A stretch of DNA of 64,000 bases from Gammaproteobacteria bacterium (GTDB taxonomy: Bacteria > Pseudomonadota > Gammaproteobacteria > Ga0077536): the NCBI GenBank assembly GCA_963662545.2, contig CAXXLL010000002.1:768001-832000 (forward strand). Reading direction: 5' to 3'. Shown here in pieces: positions 9,342-19,809 of the stretch. The notes under the pieces are model-generated. The model did no database searches. It was not told the origin of the DNA and worked only from the letters and a program-made list of their open reading frames with translations. A program made the position numbers and the translations under genes. Each line of letters opens with the position of its first letter. Position 1 is the first letter of the stretch.

Positions 9342-10481
9342 TTAGATACCAATCAGTGTCGCGTAGCGGTCACGATGGAAAATCGCATCGCCCAGGATTT
9401 GCTGAGTCACCCGAGCACGTTTAAGAAAGAGACCGATGTCGGCTTCGTCGGTCATCCCGATGCCGCCGTGCATCTGAATGGCTTCGTTACTCACGAGTTC
9501 GAGCATGTCGCAGGCCTTTGCTTTCGCAGCGCTGGCGAGCGCTGCCGCCTCCCCGTCCTTAGCGTCGATGGCTGCGAGCGCACCGTAGGTTGCCGACCGC
9601 GTTAACTCTATTTCGCAATACATTTCGGCGGCGCGGTGTTTGAGCGCCTGGAACGAACCGATCGGGGCGCCGAATTGCTCCCGGACTTTCAAATACTCAA
9701 TCGTACGATCGAATGCTTCCTGGCCCGTGCCGAGCATCTCCGCGGCCAGGCCGGCGCGTGCGCCATCGAGGATGGATTCGAGGATCTCCAAGCCCGAGCC
9801 CGGCGTGCCGATGACGGCATCGGCCGTAACCGCGACTTCGTCGAATTCGATGTTCGCTGAATTGCGAGCGTCGACCATGTTCGTGCGCGCACGGTGGATG
9901 CCGGCTACGGTGGCGTCGACCAAAAATAACGTTAATCCGTCGCGATCGTTGTCGCCACCGTCGGTACGTGCGACGACGATGAGGTGGTCGGCGACATGGC
10001 CATCGAGTACAAAGGTTTTGCGCCCATTGATAACGTAACCGTTCTCATGCTTATCAGCGCGTGTCGCAATGCAATGTGGCGCATGACGCGACCCTTCCTC
10101 GTGCGCCAGCGCCAGGATGCAATCGCCTGCCACCACGCGCGCCAGCACGTCCTCACGCTGTGAATCGCGAGGTGCATGGGCAATGATGGGCGCACCGATA
10201 ACGGCGGTCGAGATCAGCGGTGAAGCGGCCAAGGTGCGTCCCGACTGCTCAAGAATGCAGCCTATCGCCGTATAACCGGGGTCGATGCCGCCATGTTTTT
10301 CGTCAATCAGGATCCCGGTCCAGCCCATTTCCGCCATCTCTCGCCATATGGCGCGGTCGAATCCGGTATCGTCGCCTTCGTCTCGCAAGCTGCGCAGCGC
10401 TCTAACAGGAAGTTGGTCGTCGAAGAAGCGCACCGCGGTGTCGCGTAGCAGTTCCAGGTCGGCTTCGGTGAGTTTGCTCAT
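9342..10481 (-). CDS. Acyl-CoA dehydrogenase (heteromeric partner subunit)
   Basis: REQFGAPIGSFQALKHR and IQMHGGIG motifs. Confidence 0.9.
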   Translation of the reverse strand: MSKLTEADLELLRDTAVRFFDDQLPVRALRSLRDEGDDTGFDRAIWREMAEMGWTGILIDEKHGGIDPGYTAIGCILEQSGRTLAASPLISTAVIGAPIIAHAPRDSQREDVLARVVAGDCILALAHEEGSRHAPHCIATRADKHENGYVINGRKTFVLDGHVADHLIVVARTDGGDNDRDGLTLFLVDATVAGIHRARTNMVDARNSANIEFDEVAVTADAVIGTPGSGLEILESILDGARAGLAAEMLGTGQEAFDRTIEYLKVREQFGAPIGSFQALKHRAAEMYCEIELTRSATYGALAAIDAKDGEAAALASAAKAKACDMLELVSNEAIQMHGGIGMTDEADIGLFLKRARVTQQILGDAIFHRDRYATLIGI

Positions 10482-10485
10482 CGGG

Positions 10486-11658
10486 CTAATCCGGCAAGCC
10501 GAGTACGCGTTTGGCGATCACGTTCAATTGCACCTCGGAGGTGCCACCCTCGATCGAGTTGCCTTTTGACCGCAGCCACGAGCGGCAAAGCGTAAGATCG
10601 ATATCGTCGAAACCGTCCCCCTCCCAGCCAAGCCCCGTGCTGCCGGCAATTTTCATCAACAGTTCGAACTTGCGCTTGTTCTGCTCCGTGCCGTAATACT
10701 TGAGCATGGCCGCGACGCCGGCCGCGGAATCGCCGCCAAGGGTGGCTCGTTTGGAGGTCAGTTCAAATGCGCGATCATTAATCAACTGGCGTGCGAGCAG
10801 GTCACGCAGTACCGGATCGTGAATGCGGCCATCGGAATCGCCGAGATATTTTCGCGCCAGATCCTCTAGCGGCGGGAGCCGCTGGCCCCCGCGTGCGCCC
10901 AATTGCGAGATCATGGCGCGCTCGTGGGCGAGCAACTGTTTCGCGATCGCCCAGCCGCCGTTGACCGCGCCGATTAGCTGATCTCTGGGAACTTTTACGT
11001 TATCGAAAAATGTCTCGCAGAAAGCCGAAGAGCCGCTGATTAACTTGATGGGGCGAACCTCGATCCCGGGACTGTGCATATCGAAAAGCAGGAAGCTGAT
11101 GCCGGCGTGCTTGACCGAGGTATCGGTGCGTACCAGACAAAATATCCAGTCGGCGTGATGCGCGTAGGACGTCCAGACTTTCTGGCCATTGACGAGGTAG
11201 TGATCGCCCTGGTCCTCGGCGCGCGTCTGCAAGCTGGCCAGATCGGAGCCCGCGCCGGGCTCGCTGTAGCCCTGACACCACCAGATTTCGCCGCGTACGA
11301 TGGGCGGCAGGTAGCGTTCTTTCTGTTCCCGGGTGCCGATATCGAGCAGCAGTGGGCCGAGCATATAGAGGCCGAAACTGAATAAGGGTGGGCGACACTC
11401 CAAGCGCCGCATTTCTTCGGTGAGAATGTCAGCTTCCTGGCGCGACAGGCCGCCGCCGCCAAATTCGCGCGGCCAGGCCGGCGCGGTCCAGCCGCGTTCG
11501 ACCATCCGCTCGAACCAAAGCTTCGATTCCGGGTGCTTGAAGACTGGATTATTACCGCCCCAGACTCTTTCGTTGTCGGGCATGGGTGTGCGCATTCCGG
11601 GCGGGCAGTTCTCTTCCAGCCATGCGCGGGTCTCGGCGCGAAAGTTCTGGAGCGTCAT
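10486..11658 (-). CDS. Acyl-CoA dehydrogenase
   Basis: WCQGYSEPGAGSDLA, NGQKVWTS and SIEGGTSEVQ motifs. Confidence 0.92.
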   Translation of the reverse strand: MTLQNFRAETRAWLEENCPPGMRTPMPDNERVWGGNNPVFKHPESKLWFERMVERGWTAPAWPREFGGGGLSRQEADILTEEMRRLECRPPLFSFGLYMLGPLLLDIGTREQKERYLPPIVRGEIWWCQGYSEPGAGSDLASLQTRAEDQGDHYLVNGQKVWTSYAHHADWIFCLVRTDTSVKHAGISFLLFDMHSPGIEVRPIKLISGSSAFCETFFDNVKVPRDQLIGAVNGGWAIAKQLLAHERAMISQLGARGGQRLPPLEDLARKYLGDSDGRIHDPVLRDLLARQLINDRAFELTSKRATLGGDSAAGVAAMLKYYGTEQNKRKFELLMKIAGSTGLGWEGDGFDDIDLTLCRSWLRSKGNSIEGGTSEVQLNVIAKRVLGLPD

Positions 11659-11702
11659 ATAGGCAGCCCTTCGATTTCTTTGTTGCGAGGAGGCGTTGAA
11701 TA

Positions 11703-11883
11703 GGTATTGTCATGTTAATCGACGATTGGGCAAAGAGGTGCGATGAAAACATCCAAAGGCCGCTATCGCCGGTCCCGTTTTCCATCCGCGGTTATCCAAT
11801 ATACCGCCAGGCTTTATCATCGCTTCACCTTGAACTTCCGTGATTTTGAGGATTTGGCTGTGGTGCGAGAGATCCACGTGACT
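11703..11883 (+). mobile_element. IS6-family left-end remnant 1
   Basis: GGTATTGTCATGTTAAT terminus, ATG 40 nt later, and RFPSAVIQY..LYHRFTLNFRDFEDL matching the IS6 transposase N-terminus. Confidence 0.8.
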
Positions 11884-11993
11884 GATCGACCTGATAAAAA
11901 CGGCGTGCGCTATACTTGGCGAGCTGCCTGCCCATATCTTAAGAATCAAGCGTGTGACGGAGACTCGGCTGTCAGACGGCCGAGGAGGAAATC

Positions 11994-12932
11994 ATGAGGC
12001 TGGAAGTACGACCACTGGCAGAACCCCTGGGCGCGATTGTTCGTGGTTGGGATCCGAAGGCCGAACTCAGCGCACAAGATCACGCCGACATTCTGCAGGG
12101 TTTGCGCCAATATCAAGTGCTGGTGTTCCGGGGACACGCTCAGCCAAGCGATAGGGATTTGACGCGCTTTGCTCAAAGTTTTGGCGATCTGGTCAAAGGG
12201 TCGGAATGGTTTGGCGACATTGGGGACTATGCCGAGATATTGCCCATAAATAACCTGGTCGATGATGACGGCGTACCCATCGGCACGGGTGCGTCCGCTG
12301 CCCTCGAATGGCACTCGGATTATTCGTACGTGTCTACGGTCGGCAAGGAGAGTTTTTTAGAAGCCGTCGAACTGCCGAAATCTTCACCGCAGACGTGCTT
12401 TTGCAGCCAGTACGTGGCGCTAGAGACCTTGCCGCGCAAGACCGTCGACACGCTGCGTCCCCTGCGCGCCTTTCACAGCATCAATTACATCTCTGCGGAT
12501 ACGCCAGAGCCAACCATGACCTCAGGCTCGCGGGGCAATCGCGCCGGCGATGAAATTCGGGCGGGCTTCTTGGCTAAAAAAGCGCGTAATAAGCGTCAGG
12601 GCATCAAGCGCCCGCGCATCCCGGAAGCCAAACATCCAGCGATCTTGCGCCACCCGGATTCGGGGCGGGAAATTCTGTACGTCAACCCGGGGATCACGCA
12701 ATACATCATCGGTATGCCACGGGACGAGAGTGACGATCTGCTGCGGGAGTTGCATGCCCATTCAACCCGCCCGTCGTGCGTGTATTCGCATGACTGGGAG
12801 CAAGGCGATTTGGTGATGTTCGACACCCTCGGCACCCTACACCGGCGCGATGCCTGGGATCCCGGCGAGCGGCGGGTGATGCGCCAGCTCAGCACCCTGT
12901 GGGATCCTTCCGCGCCGGATCTGTCTTCGTAA
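11994..12932 (+). CDS. TauD/TfdA-family 2-oxoglutarate dioxygenase
   Basis: WHSD and HP..LRHP.SG motifs; W..GDLVMFD...LHRR. Confidence 0.9.
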   Translation: MRLEVRPLAEPLGAIVRGWDPKAELSAQDHADILQGLRQYQVLVFRGHAQPSDRDLTRFAQSFGDLVKGSEWFGDIGDYAEILPINNLVDDDGVPIGTGASAALEWHSDYSYVSTVGKESFLEAVELPKSSPQTCFCSQYVALETLPRKTVDTLRPLRAFHSINYISADTPEPTMTSGSRGNRAGDEIRAGFLAKKARNKRQGIKRPRIPEAKHPAILRHPDSGREILYVNPGITQYIIGMPRDESDDLLRELHAHSTRPSCVYSHDWEQGDLVMFDTLGTLHRRDAWDPGERRVMRQLSTLWDPSAPDLSS

Positions 12933-12956
12933 AATCCGCTGAAAAGACAGCGGTCT

Positions 12957-14738
12957 CTATTTCTCTGAGCCGAGCGGATACCGGATTGATTCGACCGTAG
13001 CTTGAACCTCATCGGGCGGCGGGGTGGTGAACGAGCTGACTGCGATTGCGACCGCGAAGTTGACGGCCATGCCGATGATGCCAATCCCCTCGGGACTGAT
13101 CCCGAAGAGCCAGTCTTCTGCGCCCGCCGTTTTGTTGATCGTCTTGAAATAGACGATATAACTCAGCGTGAACATCATGCCGGTGATCATGCCGGCGATG
13201 GCACCTTCTTTGGTCGTTCGCTTAGTAAAGATACCCAGAATGAGGATCGGGAAGAAACTACTTGCCGCCAGGCCAAACGCATAGGCCACCACTTGCGCCA
13301 CGTAGGCAAAGTTCTGGATCCCGAAGTAGGCGGCGATGCCGACCGCGAGAGCCGCCGCCGCTCGGGCCCATGCCAATTCCTCCCGCTCGGACATTTCGGG
13401 TTTCACGATTCGTTTGCCGATGTCGTGCGCCAGCGATGAAGAGATGACCAGCAACAAGCCCGCCGCCGTGGATAAGGCCGCCGCCAATCCGCCGGCCGCC
13501 ACCAACGCCACGACCCACGCCGGAAGCCGTGCGATCTCTGGATTCGCGAGCACAATGATGTCGCGGTCGATGTAAAGCTCATTGTCATTGTCGGTCAGTT
13601 GGTTTGTTACCATCAATTGCCCGAACTGGCCGCGAATATCTTCGCCGCCTTCTTTCGCAAAAACCGGTTTACCCGCGAAGGCTTCGCCCTGGCGATAGTC
13701 GATGCGCCCATCCCCGTTCTTGTCGACCCATGCGATCAGATCGGTCTTCTCCCAGTTCGTGAACCACTCGGGCGCTTCGAAATAAGGTTTACCGTTCAGC
13801 GTCTGAATGAGATTAACCCGCGCAAACGCCGCGACCGTCGGCGCGGTCGTATAGAGGATCGCGATGAATAGGAGCGCCCAGAAGGCGCTGTAACGCGCTG
13901 CCCGAACGGTCGGCACGGTATAAAAGCGAATGAGCACGTGCGGCAGACCCGCCGTTCCGACCATCAACGCCAGCGTGATGGCGAAAATATCCTGCATGCT
14001 CTTCTTACGTGCAGTGTAATCGGGAAGCCCGAGTTCGCGGTGGATGTCGTTGAGCGCCTGCAATAGATAAACGCCGGCATTCGGCTGACCTTCGGCCAAG
14101 GTTGAACCGAATCCCAACTGCGGGATCGGATTGCCCGTCAGTTTCATCGAGATGGCGATTGCAGGGATGAGATAGGCGATGATGAGGACGCAATACTGAG
14201 CGACCTGGGTCCATGTGATCGAACGCATGCCCCCCAACGCGGCATAGATGTAGACGATTACGACGCCGATGATGATGCCCCAATTAATGGGTACGTCCAG
14301 GAAACGGGAAAAGACCACGCCGACGCCCCTCATCTGACCGGCGACGTAAGTCAGCGAAATGAGAATCGCACAAACCACGGCCACCACCCGCGCGGCGTTC
14401 GAGTAGTAGCGATCGCCAACGAAATCAGGAACTGTGTACTTGCCGTACTTGCGCAAATAGGGCGCCAGCAGCAGCGCCAGGAGGACGTAACCGCCCGTCC
14501 AGCCAAGCAGATAGACGACGCCGTCGTAGCCCATGAACGAGATCAGCCCCGCCATCGAGATGAACGAGGCGGCGCTCATCCAGTCCGCCCCCGTGGCCAT
14601 GCCGTTGAAGAAGGCCGGTACGCCGTGCCCGGCAACGTAGAATCCCTTCGTGGTGCCGGTGCGGCTCGCGACGGCGATCCCGATATAGAGCGCGAAGGTC
14701 AGCCCCACGAAGATGTAAGTCCAAACCTGGATGCTCAT
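12957..14738 (-). CDS. Cation/acetate symporter (ActP-like sodium:solute symporter)
   Basis: NGMATGADWMSAASF and GTAGLPHVLIRFYT motifs; many TM helices. Confidence 0.9.
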   Translation of the reverse strand: MSIQVWTYIFVGLTFALYIGIAVASRTGTTKGFYVAGHGVPAFFNGMATGADWMSAASFISMAGLISFMGYDGVVYLLGWTGGYVLLALLLAPYLRKYGKYTVPDFVGDRYYSNAARVVAVVCAILISLTYVAGQMRGVGVVFSRFLDVPINWGIIIGVVIVYIYAALGGMRSITWTQVAQYCVLIIAYLIPAIAISMKLTGNPIPQLGFGSTLAEGQPNAGVYLLQALNDIHRELGLPDYTARKKSMQDIFAITLALMVGTAGLPHVLIRFYTVPTVRAARYSAFWALLFIAILYTTAPTVAAFARVNLIQTLNGKPYFEAPEWFTNWEKTDLIAWVDKNGDGRIDYRQGEAFAGKPVFAKEGGEDIRGQFGQLMVTNQLTDNDNELYIDRDIIVLANPEIARLPAWVVALVAAGGLAAALSTAAGLLLVISSSLAHDIGKRIVKPEMSEREELAWARAAAALAVGIAAYFGIQNFAYVAQVVAYAFGLAASSFFPILILGIFTKRTTKEGAIAGMITGMMFTLSYIVYFKTINKTAGAEDWLFGISPEGIGIIGMAVNFAVAIAVSSFTTPPPDEVQATVESIRYPLGSEK

Positions 14739-15013
14739 TCACCACCGCCTCTATCGTCCTCTTCGACGTGATAGGCGCGATCGAGCTTCTCTACCCAGAT
14801 GCAGTAAACGAGGATCAGCGCGATGAATATGTACACCGATCCCTGTTGGGCGAACCAGAACCCGAGCGGAAAACCACCGATATGAAATTTGTTCAATTGT
14901 TCGACGAAAAAAATGCCGGGGAAAAATCCGACGACAAACCAGACGCCGAGCAGGATCGCGATGATCCGAACGTTGGCTTTCCAATAGGCTTGCCGGTTGG
15001 TTGACTCGGGCAT
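14735..15013 (-). CDS. DUF4212 small membrane partner of the symporter
   Basis: YWKAN...GFPLGFWFAQQGS; overlaps the symporter start. Confidence 0.85.
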   Translation of the reverse strand: MPESTNRQAYWKANVRIIAILLGVWFVVGFFPGIFFVEQLNKFHIGGFPLGFWFAQQGSVYIFIALILVYCIWVEKLDRAYHVEEDDRGGGE

Positions 15014-15203
15014 GGGGTATTTCTCGGATGTGGGACGCGCGCGGCGAAGGCTGCCCATATCGCACGCACCGAGGGGCGAACGCCGCCGGTTATGGGAACT
15101 TATTTATGTAATAAAAGTCAAGGTCGCCGTCGGATCTCGCAAGCTTTGGGAAGGCCAAACGGTAGCTTGAAAGAGAGTTCGAAACCGCCGCGGATCAAAA
15201 GGC

Positions 15204-15284
15204 AAAAGGTGACGGAGGGATTAGGATCAAAAGGAGATCAAAAGGTGACGGAGGGATTAAAGATTAATCCCTCCGTCACCTTTT
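15204..15284. repeat. RAYT-associated repeat cluster (two direct copies + one inverted copy)
   Basis: AAAAGGTGACGGAGGGATTA at 15204 and 15240, inverted copy at 15264-15284. The same repeat flanks the RAYT gene at 37211 and 38009. Confidence 0.9.
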
Positions 15285-15371
15285 CCTCGCTAAGAAAATT
15301 CGGTAAAGGGGGCGCGTGTACGGACTGACCTTACTAGAGCCCGAATGACTGGTTGAGGCTGCTCCTTTAGG

Positions 15372-16721
15372 TTACGCGCTCGGCTCGCTCTCCTGAATGT
15401 ACGTTCGTTCCTTGAATGCCATCGCGATCGGAATGAAGATCACGGCCGCTGCAAACATCATTCCCGCAAAAAACAGAAAGTAGCTCGCGCCTTCGAGTTT
15501 GGAGGAGCCGTCCGGATTCTGAATGACCGTGTTCACTATGGCGGTGAAGAGATTGCCGAGAGACACGCTCATCAGAAACAGGGACATGATGAAGGATTTG
15601 ATCTTGCGCGGCGCCTGGGTGTAGGAGAATTCGAGCGCAGTGATCGATACGAGCACTTCAGCCGCAGTAATGATCCCATAGGCGATGAGCTGCCACACGA
15701 TGTTGGGCCGCTCGCCCGCTGCGATCCAGGTTTCGATCAACGCGCATATCAAGAACGATCCGGTCGCGATGAAAAGGCCGAGTGAAATCTTGCGCAATGG
15801 CGTGATCTTGAATATGCGCCCGACCGCTGGATAAAGGACCTGGTTGTAGAGGGGAATGAAGAGAAGGATCAGGATCGGATTGAGGGCTCCGATCTGCGAC
15901 GGTAGCCACTCGATCCCCAAGAATTGGCGATCCATCTTGTTGGCCTGCAGGACCCAGGTTGATCCGGACTGGTCGAAGAGCGCCCAGAACACGGCGATGA
16001 AGAGATAGACCACCGAGAGGCGCAGCATGGCCGCGATACCTTCGCCGCTGAACGCCTCCTTGAGAAATTCTCGACCCCCGGGCGGAATGTGAATGAAACG
16101 CCGGCGCCCGAACCAGAAGACCCAGGTCGCCAGGATCATCAACGCACCGGGAAGGCCGAATGCGGCATGGGGCCCGTAGTGCTCGAGCAGGAGCGGCGTA
16201 AGCAGGACCGAGATGAATGCACCGAGATTGATCGCGAAATAAAAATACGAGTAGACCTTTGGCAGCAGCTTGGCATTGGCGTCGCCGAACTGGTCACCCA
16301 CGTGAGCCGAAACGCAGGGCTTGATGCCGCCAGAGCCCAACGCGATCAGGCCGAGCCCAAGCGCGAGCCCAATCAGAGTGTCGTTCATCGCCAAAGCGAA
16401 GTGGCCCAGGCAGTAGACGATCGAGAGGCTCACGATCGTTCGATACTTTCCGAGAAAGACATCGGCGAGCAGGGCGCCCGCGATCGGGGTGAAGTACACC
16501 GCTGTGCCGAACCAGTGGAAGTACACCGTGGCATCGGCTTCGCTCAGCACCGCAAGCTCTCCGCTCGCGTCGCGCAGGTACTGGGTCATGAAGATGATCA
16601 GCACCGTGCGCATGCCGTAGTAGCTGAAACGTTCGGCTGCCTCGTTGCCGATGATGTAGGGAATGCCTTTCGGCATCTCCAGGCTGACTTCGGGAGCGGT
16701 GCGGTACTGGGACCTGGCCAT
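15372..16721 (-). CDS. POT/PTR-family peptide transporter
   Basis: EAAERFSYYG (ExxERFxYY) motif; GGIKP; FYFAINLG. Confidence 0.92.
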   Translation of the reverse strand: MARSQYRTAPEVSLEMPKGIPYIIGNEAAERFSYYGMRTVLIIFMTQYLRDASGELAVLSEADATVYFHWFGTAVYFTPIAGALLADVFLGKYRTIVSLSIVYCLGHFALAMNDTLIGLALGLGLIALGSGGIKPCVSAHVGDQFGDANAKLLPKVYSYFYFAINLGAFISVLLTPLLLEHYGPHAAFGLPGALMILATWVFWFGRRRFIHIPPGGREFLKEAFSGEGIAAMLRLSVVYLFIAVFWALFDQSGSTWVLQANKMDRQFLGIEWLPSQIGALNPILILLFIPLYNQVLYPAVGRIFKITPLRKISLGLFIATGSFLICALIETWIAAGERPNIVWQLIAYGIITAAEVLVSITALEFSYTQAPRKIKSFIMSLFLMSVSLGNLFTAIVNTVIQNPDGSSKLEGASYFLFFAGMMFAAAVIFIPIAMAFKERTYIQESEPSA

Positions 16722-16825
16722 CAGCGTCCGTGGCCGGTGAACCGTTTTTCTTCGAATTCGTCGAGGTGGATCCTCACCACAGTCCGCACCCTCTGGCCTC
16801 GTGGTAAACCGCAATGTGGGCGGCG

Positions 16826-17020
16826 GGTATTGTCACGTTAATCAACGATCAGGCAAAGCGGTGGGATGAAAACGTCCAAACGCCACTATCGCCGGCACCG
16901 TTCCCTACCCGAAATCATCCAATTCACTATGCCGCTTTTTCGTCGCTTCAGCTTGAGCTTCCGTGATATCGAGGATTTGCTCGCGGTGCGTGAGAACCAG
17001 GTGGCCGGGGAAACGATCTG
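16826..17020 (+). mobile_element. IS6-family left-end remnant 2
   Basis: GGTATTGTCACGTTAAT, ATG at +40, and PEIIQF...RFSLSFRDIEDLLA...ETI. Confidence 0.8.
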
Positions 17021-17031
17021 TCGCTTGCCCC

Positions 17032-17952
17032 TCAGAGCTGAGGAATGATCTCCTGCGCGAGGAGCTCCAGGTGTTCCATTTCGTCGAAGACCGGGTTGAG
17101 GAGCAGATGCCGGGCCCCGGCACCAACAAGCTCGGCAAGCTTGTCGAGACATTCGGCGGAACCACCCCAAATGGCGTCGCGCGATGCCATATCGGCATTA
17201 CCATAGCGCATGCCAAACCACTCGCGCAGACGCCGTTCAGCGCGATCGCGGTCGTCATCGACCGCGAGGTAAACGCGCTTCGACACGCGGAAGCCCGCAG
17301 GGTCGCGGCCCATTTCCTCGAGATACACGCGGAGTTGCGCTGCATGTTGAATGAAGTCCGCGGTCGAGGATGAGCCGGCTCCCATCCAGGCATCGCCAAG
17401 CCGCGCCGCCCGCCGCAGCCCGGGTTCACTACGCGCGCCAAACCAGATCGGCGGGTGGGGTTTCTGTACGGGCTTGGGTTCCATCGCGACGCCGTCGAGG
17501 TTCCAGAAGGTTCCCGAAACGTTGGCCTCGGCTTGCGTCCAGAGGGCCTTCATGACTTCGATGCCCTCGACAAACCGTCGGATCCGCCGTTCCTTCGAGT
17601 AGCCAAAGATCGCCTCGTCTACATGGCCGCCGGACCCGACGCCCACATCGAGACGGCCCGCACACAAATGGTCGAGGCTAGCCAGCATCTTTGCGAGCTG
17701 GATCGGATTGCGGAGCGTCGTGAGCATGACCGACACGCCGAGCCGCATCCGCGAGGTCAACGCTGATGCGTGGGACAGCAGGCTCAACGGCTCGAGTATC
17801 CCGAAATTACTGAGCACGGCTTCCTGCGTCCATGCGCTTTCGTAGTTCAGTGTTTCCGCGCGCTCGAGAAAGACACGGATGTGCTGCAGGTCGAGAGCGC
17901 CTCCGGCAACGAATTGCGGGATCGCAATCCCGCAGGGTGTGCTGCCAATCAA
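17032..17952 (-). CDS. LLM-class flavin/F420-dependent oxidoreductase
   Basis: LAKMLASLDHLCAGRL and PKPVQKPHPPIW motifs. Confidence 0.88.
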   Translation of the reverse strand: MIGSTPCGIAIPQFVAGGALDLQHIRVFLERAETLNYESAWTQEAVLSNFGILEPLSLLSHASALTSRMRLGVSVMLTTLRNPIQLAKMLASLDHLCAGRLDVGVGSGGHVDEAIFGYSKERRIRRFVEGIEVMKALWTQAEANVSGTFWNLDGVAMEPKPVQKPHPPIWFGARSEPGLRRAARLGDAWMGAGSSSTADFIQHAAQLRVYLEEMGRDPAGFRVSKRVYLAVDDDRDRAERRLREWFGMRYGNADMASRDAIWGGSAECLDKLAELVGAGARHLLLNPVFDEMEHLELLAQEIIPQL

Positions 17953-18063
17953 GACCCTATTTCTCGCGATGTCGCGTCCGTAATTTGACGCACGACCAAC
18001 GGTGCAGGGGACGGCGCCCCACGGCGTAAACAGGTATAGCGTTCCCGGTTTTCCAAAGCGGCG

Positions 18064-18840
18064 CTACTCTTTGTTCCCGAACTCAGTTGGCCAATGGTCA
18101 ACGGCTGCCAAGCCTTCCAGGGCCAGGCCATACGGTAGATAATCAAGCATCGCGCGTTTGACCTGTTGCAGCATCGCCTCGCGTGCGAGGCGGACCGTCA
18201 GCGGCGGCCGCTGAAGAATTTGCCGTGCGAGTGCCCAGGCCCGCGGCACGAGTTCATCTCGCGTAAGCACCTCGTTGACGACGCCGAGGTCGAGGGCTTC
18301 ACGGGCCGAGAGTTCCTGTCCCGTCAAGAGAAAATATCGGCCGCGGTTGAGTCCCAGCAACAGGGGCCACACGATGTGCACGCCGTCGCCCGGGACAAGA
18401 CCGCTGGGGAAATGGGGCGCGTCCTGGAAGGTCGCATGGTCAGCGGCGAGGACGATGTCACACAACAGGGCAAGCTCGGCGTGCACCGTTGCCGGGCCGT
18501 TGACGGCCGCGATCATCGGCGCCTGGATCTCGAGCAGATTCATGAGTAAACGCTTGGCGTCGTACAGTACCTTCTCACCCCAAAATCGAGCCTCGACCTC
18601 ACCGCCGCCAAGATCTTCCTTGTGGATGAACGTCTCGCCTGACCCGGTCAGGATGATCACCTTGTTCTCAGGGTCCGCTCCAATGTCGGCAAAGCAGTAA
18701 CCGAGTTCTTCGTGCGGCGGGAAACCCCAGATCAGATCCGAATCATCGGTGTGCAGGGTCACCTGCAGGATCCCCTCCTCGCGATGAAACTTAATGTTCG
18801 AATACTTCTCGGCATAATTCTCAAGCTGCGGAACGAGCAT
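18064..18840 (-). CDS. Crotonase-family enzyme (6-oxocamphor hydrolase-like)
   Basis: [27 protein letters not shown] motifs. Confidence 0.85.
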   Translation of the reverse strand: MLVPQLENYAEKYSNIKFHREEGILQVTLHTDDSDLIWGFPPHEELGYCFADIGADPENKVIILTGSGETFIHKEDLGGGEVEARFWGEKVLYDAKRLLMNLLEIQAPMIAAVNGPATVHAELALLCDIVLAADHATFQDAPHFPSGLVPGDGVHIVWPLLLGLNRGRYFLLTGQELSAREALDLGVVNEVLTRDELVPRAWALARQILQRPPLTVRLAREAMLQQVKRAMLDYLPYGLALEGLAAVDHWPTEFGNKE

Positions 18841-18871
18841 GGGTCAACTCCTCTTCTCGAAATACGGGGGC

Positions 18872-18988
18872 GGTATTGTCACGTTAATCAACGATTAGGC
18901 AAAGTGGTGGGAGAAAAACATCTAAAGGCCACTGTCTCCGGCACTGTTTTCCACCCTAAATCATCCAATACACTTTTTGGCTCTATCA
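18872..18988 (+). mobile_element. IS6-family left-end remnant 3 (start codon eroded)
   Basis: GGTATTGTCACGTTAATCAACGATTAGGCAAAG, colinear with remnants 1 and 2. Confidence 0.75.
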
Positions 18989-18991
18989 ACC

Positions 18992-19459
18992 TTACTTCGC
19001 CGCACGCCCCACTTTGATGCCGCGCGTTTCATACACCTCACGCGCCGCGCTGATGCCGTTAAGGCTCGCCGGGAATCCCGCGTAGACCGCCATCTGCATG
19101 ATGACTTCGAGGATTTCTTGGGGGGTGCATCCGGCATTCAGCGCACCTTTAATATGCGCTTTAAGTTGTGTTTGGGCGTTGCCGAGCGCAGTCAGCGCAG
19201 CGACGGTCGCCAGTTCGCGCGACCTCAAATCGAGTTGCGGTCGCGATACCACGTCGCCGTAGGCGAAATCCGCGATCCATTCCGCCATTTCGGGGGCGAT
19301 ATCCGTAAGTTTCCCGAGTGCAGCCTCGCTGTTGCCGCCGAGGATGATATCGAGCGTCGCGATGCCGCGAGCATGGCGCTCCTCGCTAGCGGTATCGGCT
19401 GGCACTGCGGTACTGACCGCGAGCGTAAGCGCGACAAGACCGACGAAAGTCCTGACCAT
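18992..19459 (-). CDS. Carboxymuconolactone decarboxylase/AhpD-family protein with N-terminal signal peptide
   Basis: FAYGDV.SRP.LDLRSRELAT and VYAGFP motifs; AGGAGA RBS. Confidence 0.85.
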   Translation of the reverse strand: MVRTFVGLVALTLAVSTAVPADTASEERHARGIATLDIILGGNSEAALGKLTDIAPEMAEWIADFAYGDVVSRPQLDLRSRELATVAALTALGNAQTQLKAHIKGALNAGCTPQEILEVIMQMAVYAGFPASLNGISAAREVYETRGIKVGRAAK

Positions 19460-19809
19460 GGTAATTCTCCTATTTCTGGACGACCGGAATTGGGTGGCAA
19501 ATTGTATAGCGAGGTCTGAGTCAAGGAGTGCGGAATCATCTTTCATCGATGAAGGACACACAGGAAGGTCGACCAGTCCAACGATCTGGGCGGGTGAGGG
19601 TCGTCGAGTTTGCGCGTGTCGGCCACCTCCACCATGAAGTTTTTTGAGCGGCCGCCCCAAAAGATAGGGTCGTTAACTAGGATGCCGGGCTTATTTCAAC
19701 TATTCGACGTATGGAGAATTCTGACCTGACGCCTTCTTGTTAGCGGCTGCGTCGTTCCCCGCCGTTTCCTCTATCGAGCGCGCTGAGTGTCCGATCTCAG
19801 CCGTAATAC

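Noticed and set aside
13690-13730. EF-hand-like DKNGDGRID loop in the symporter
   Set aside because: I recall this as a regular feature of this ActP-like subfamily, so it is not treated as novel.
15192-15284. Possible mini-CRISPR array
   Set aside because: Only two direct repeats with a ~16-nt repeat-derived spacer, a third inverted copy, and no cas genes; the repeat matches the RAYT flanks.
11703-18890. Outward hybrid promoters from the IS6 ends
   Set aside because: A (G/A)TGACA -35-like hexamer is present, but I saw no convincing -10 box at 16-18 bp spacing in the copies checked.
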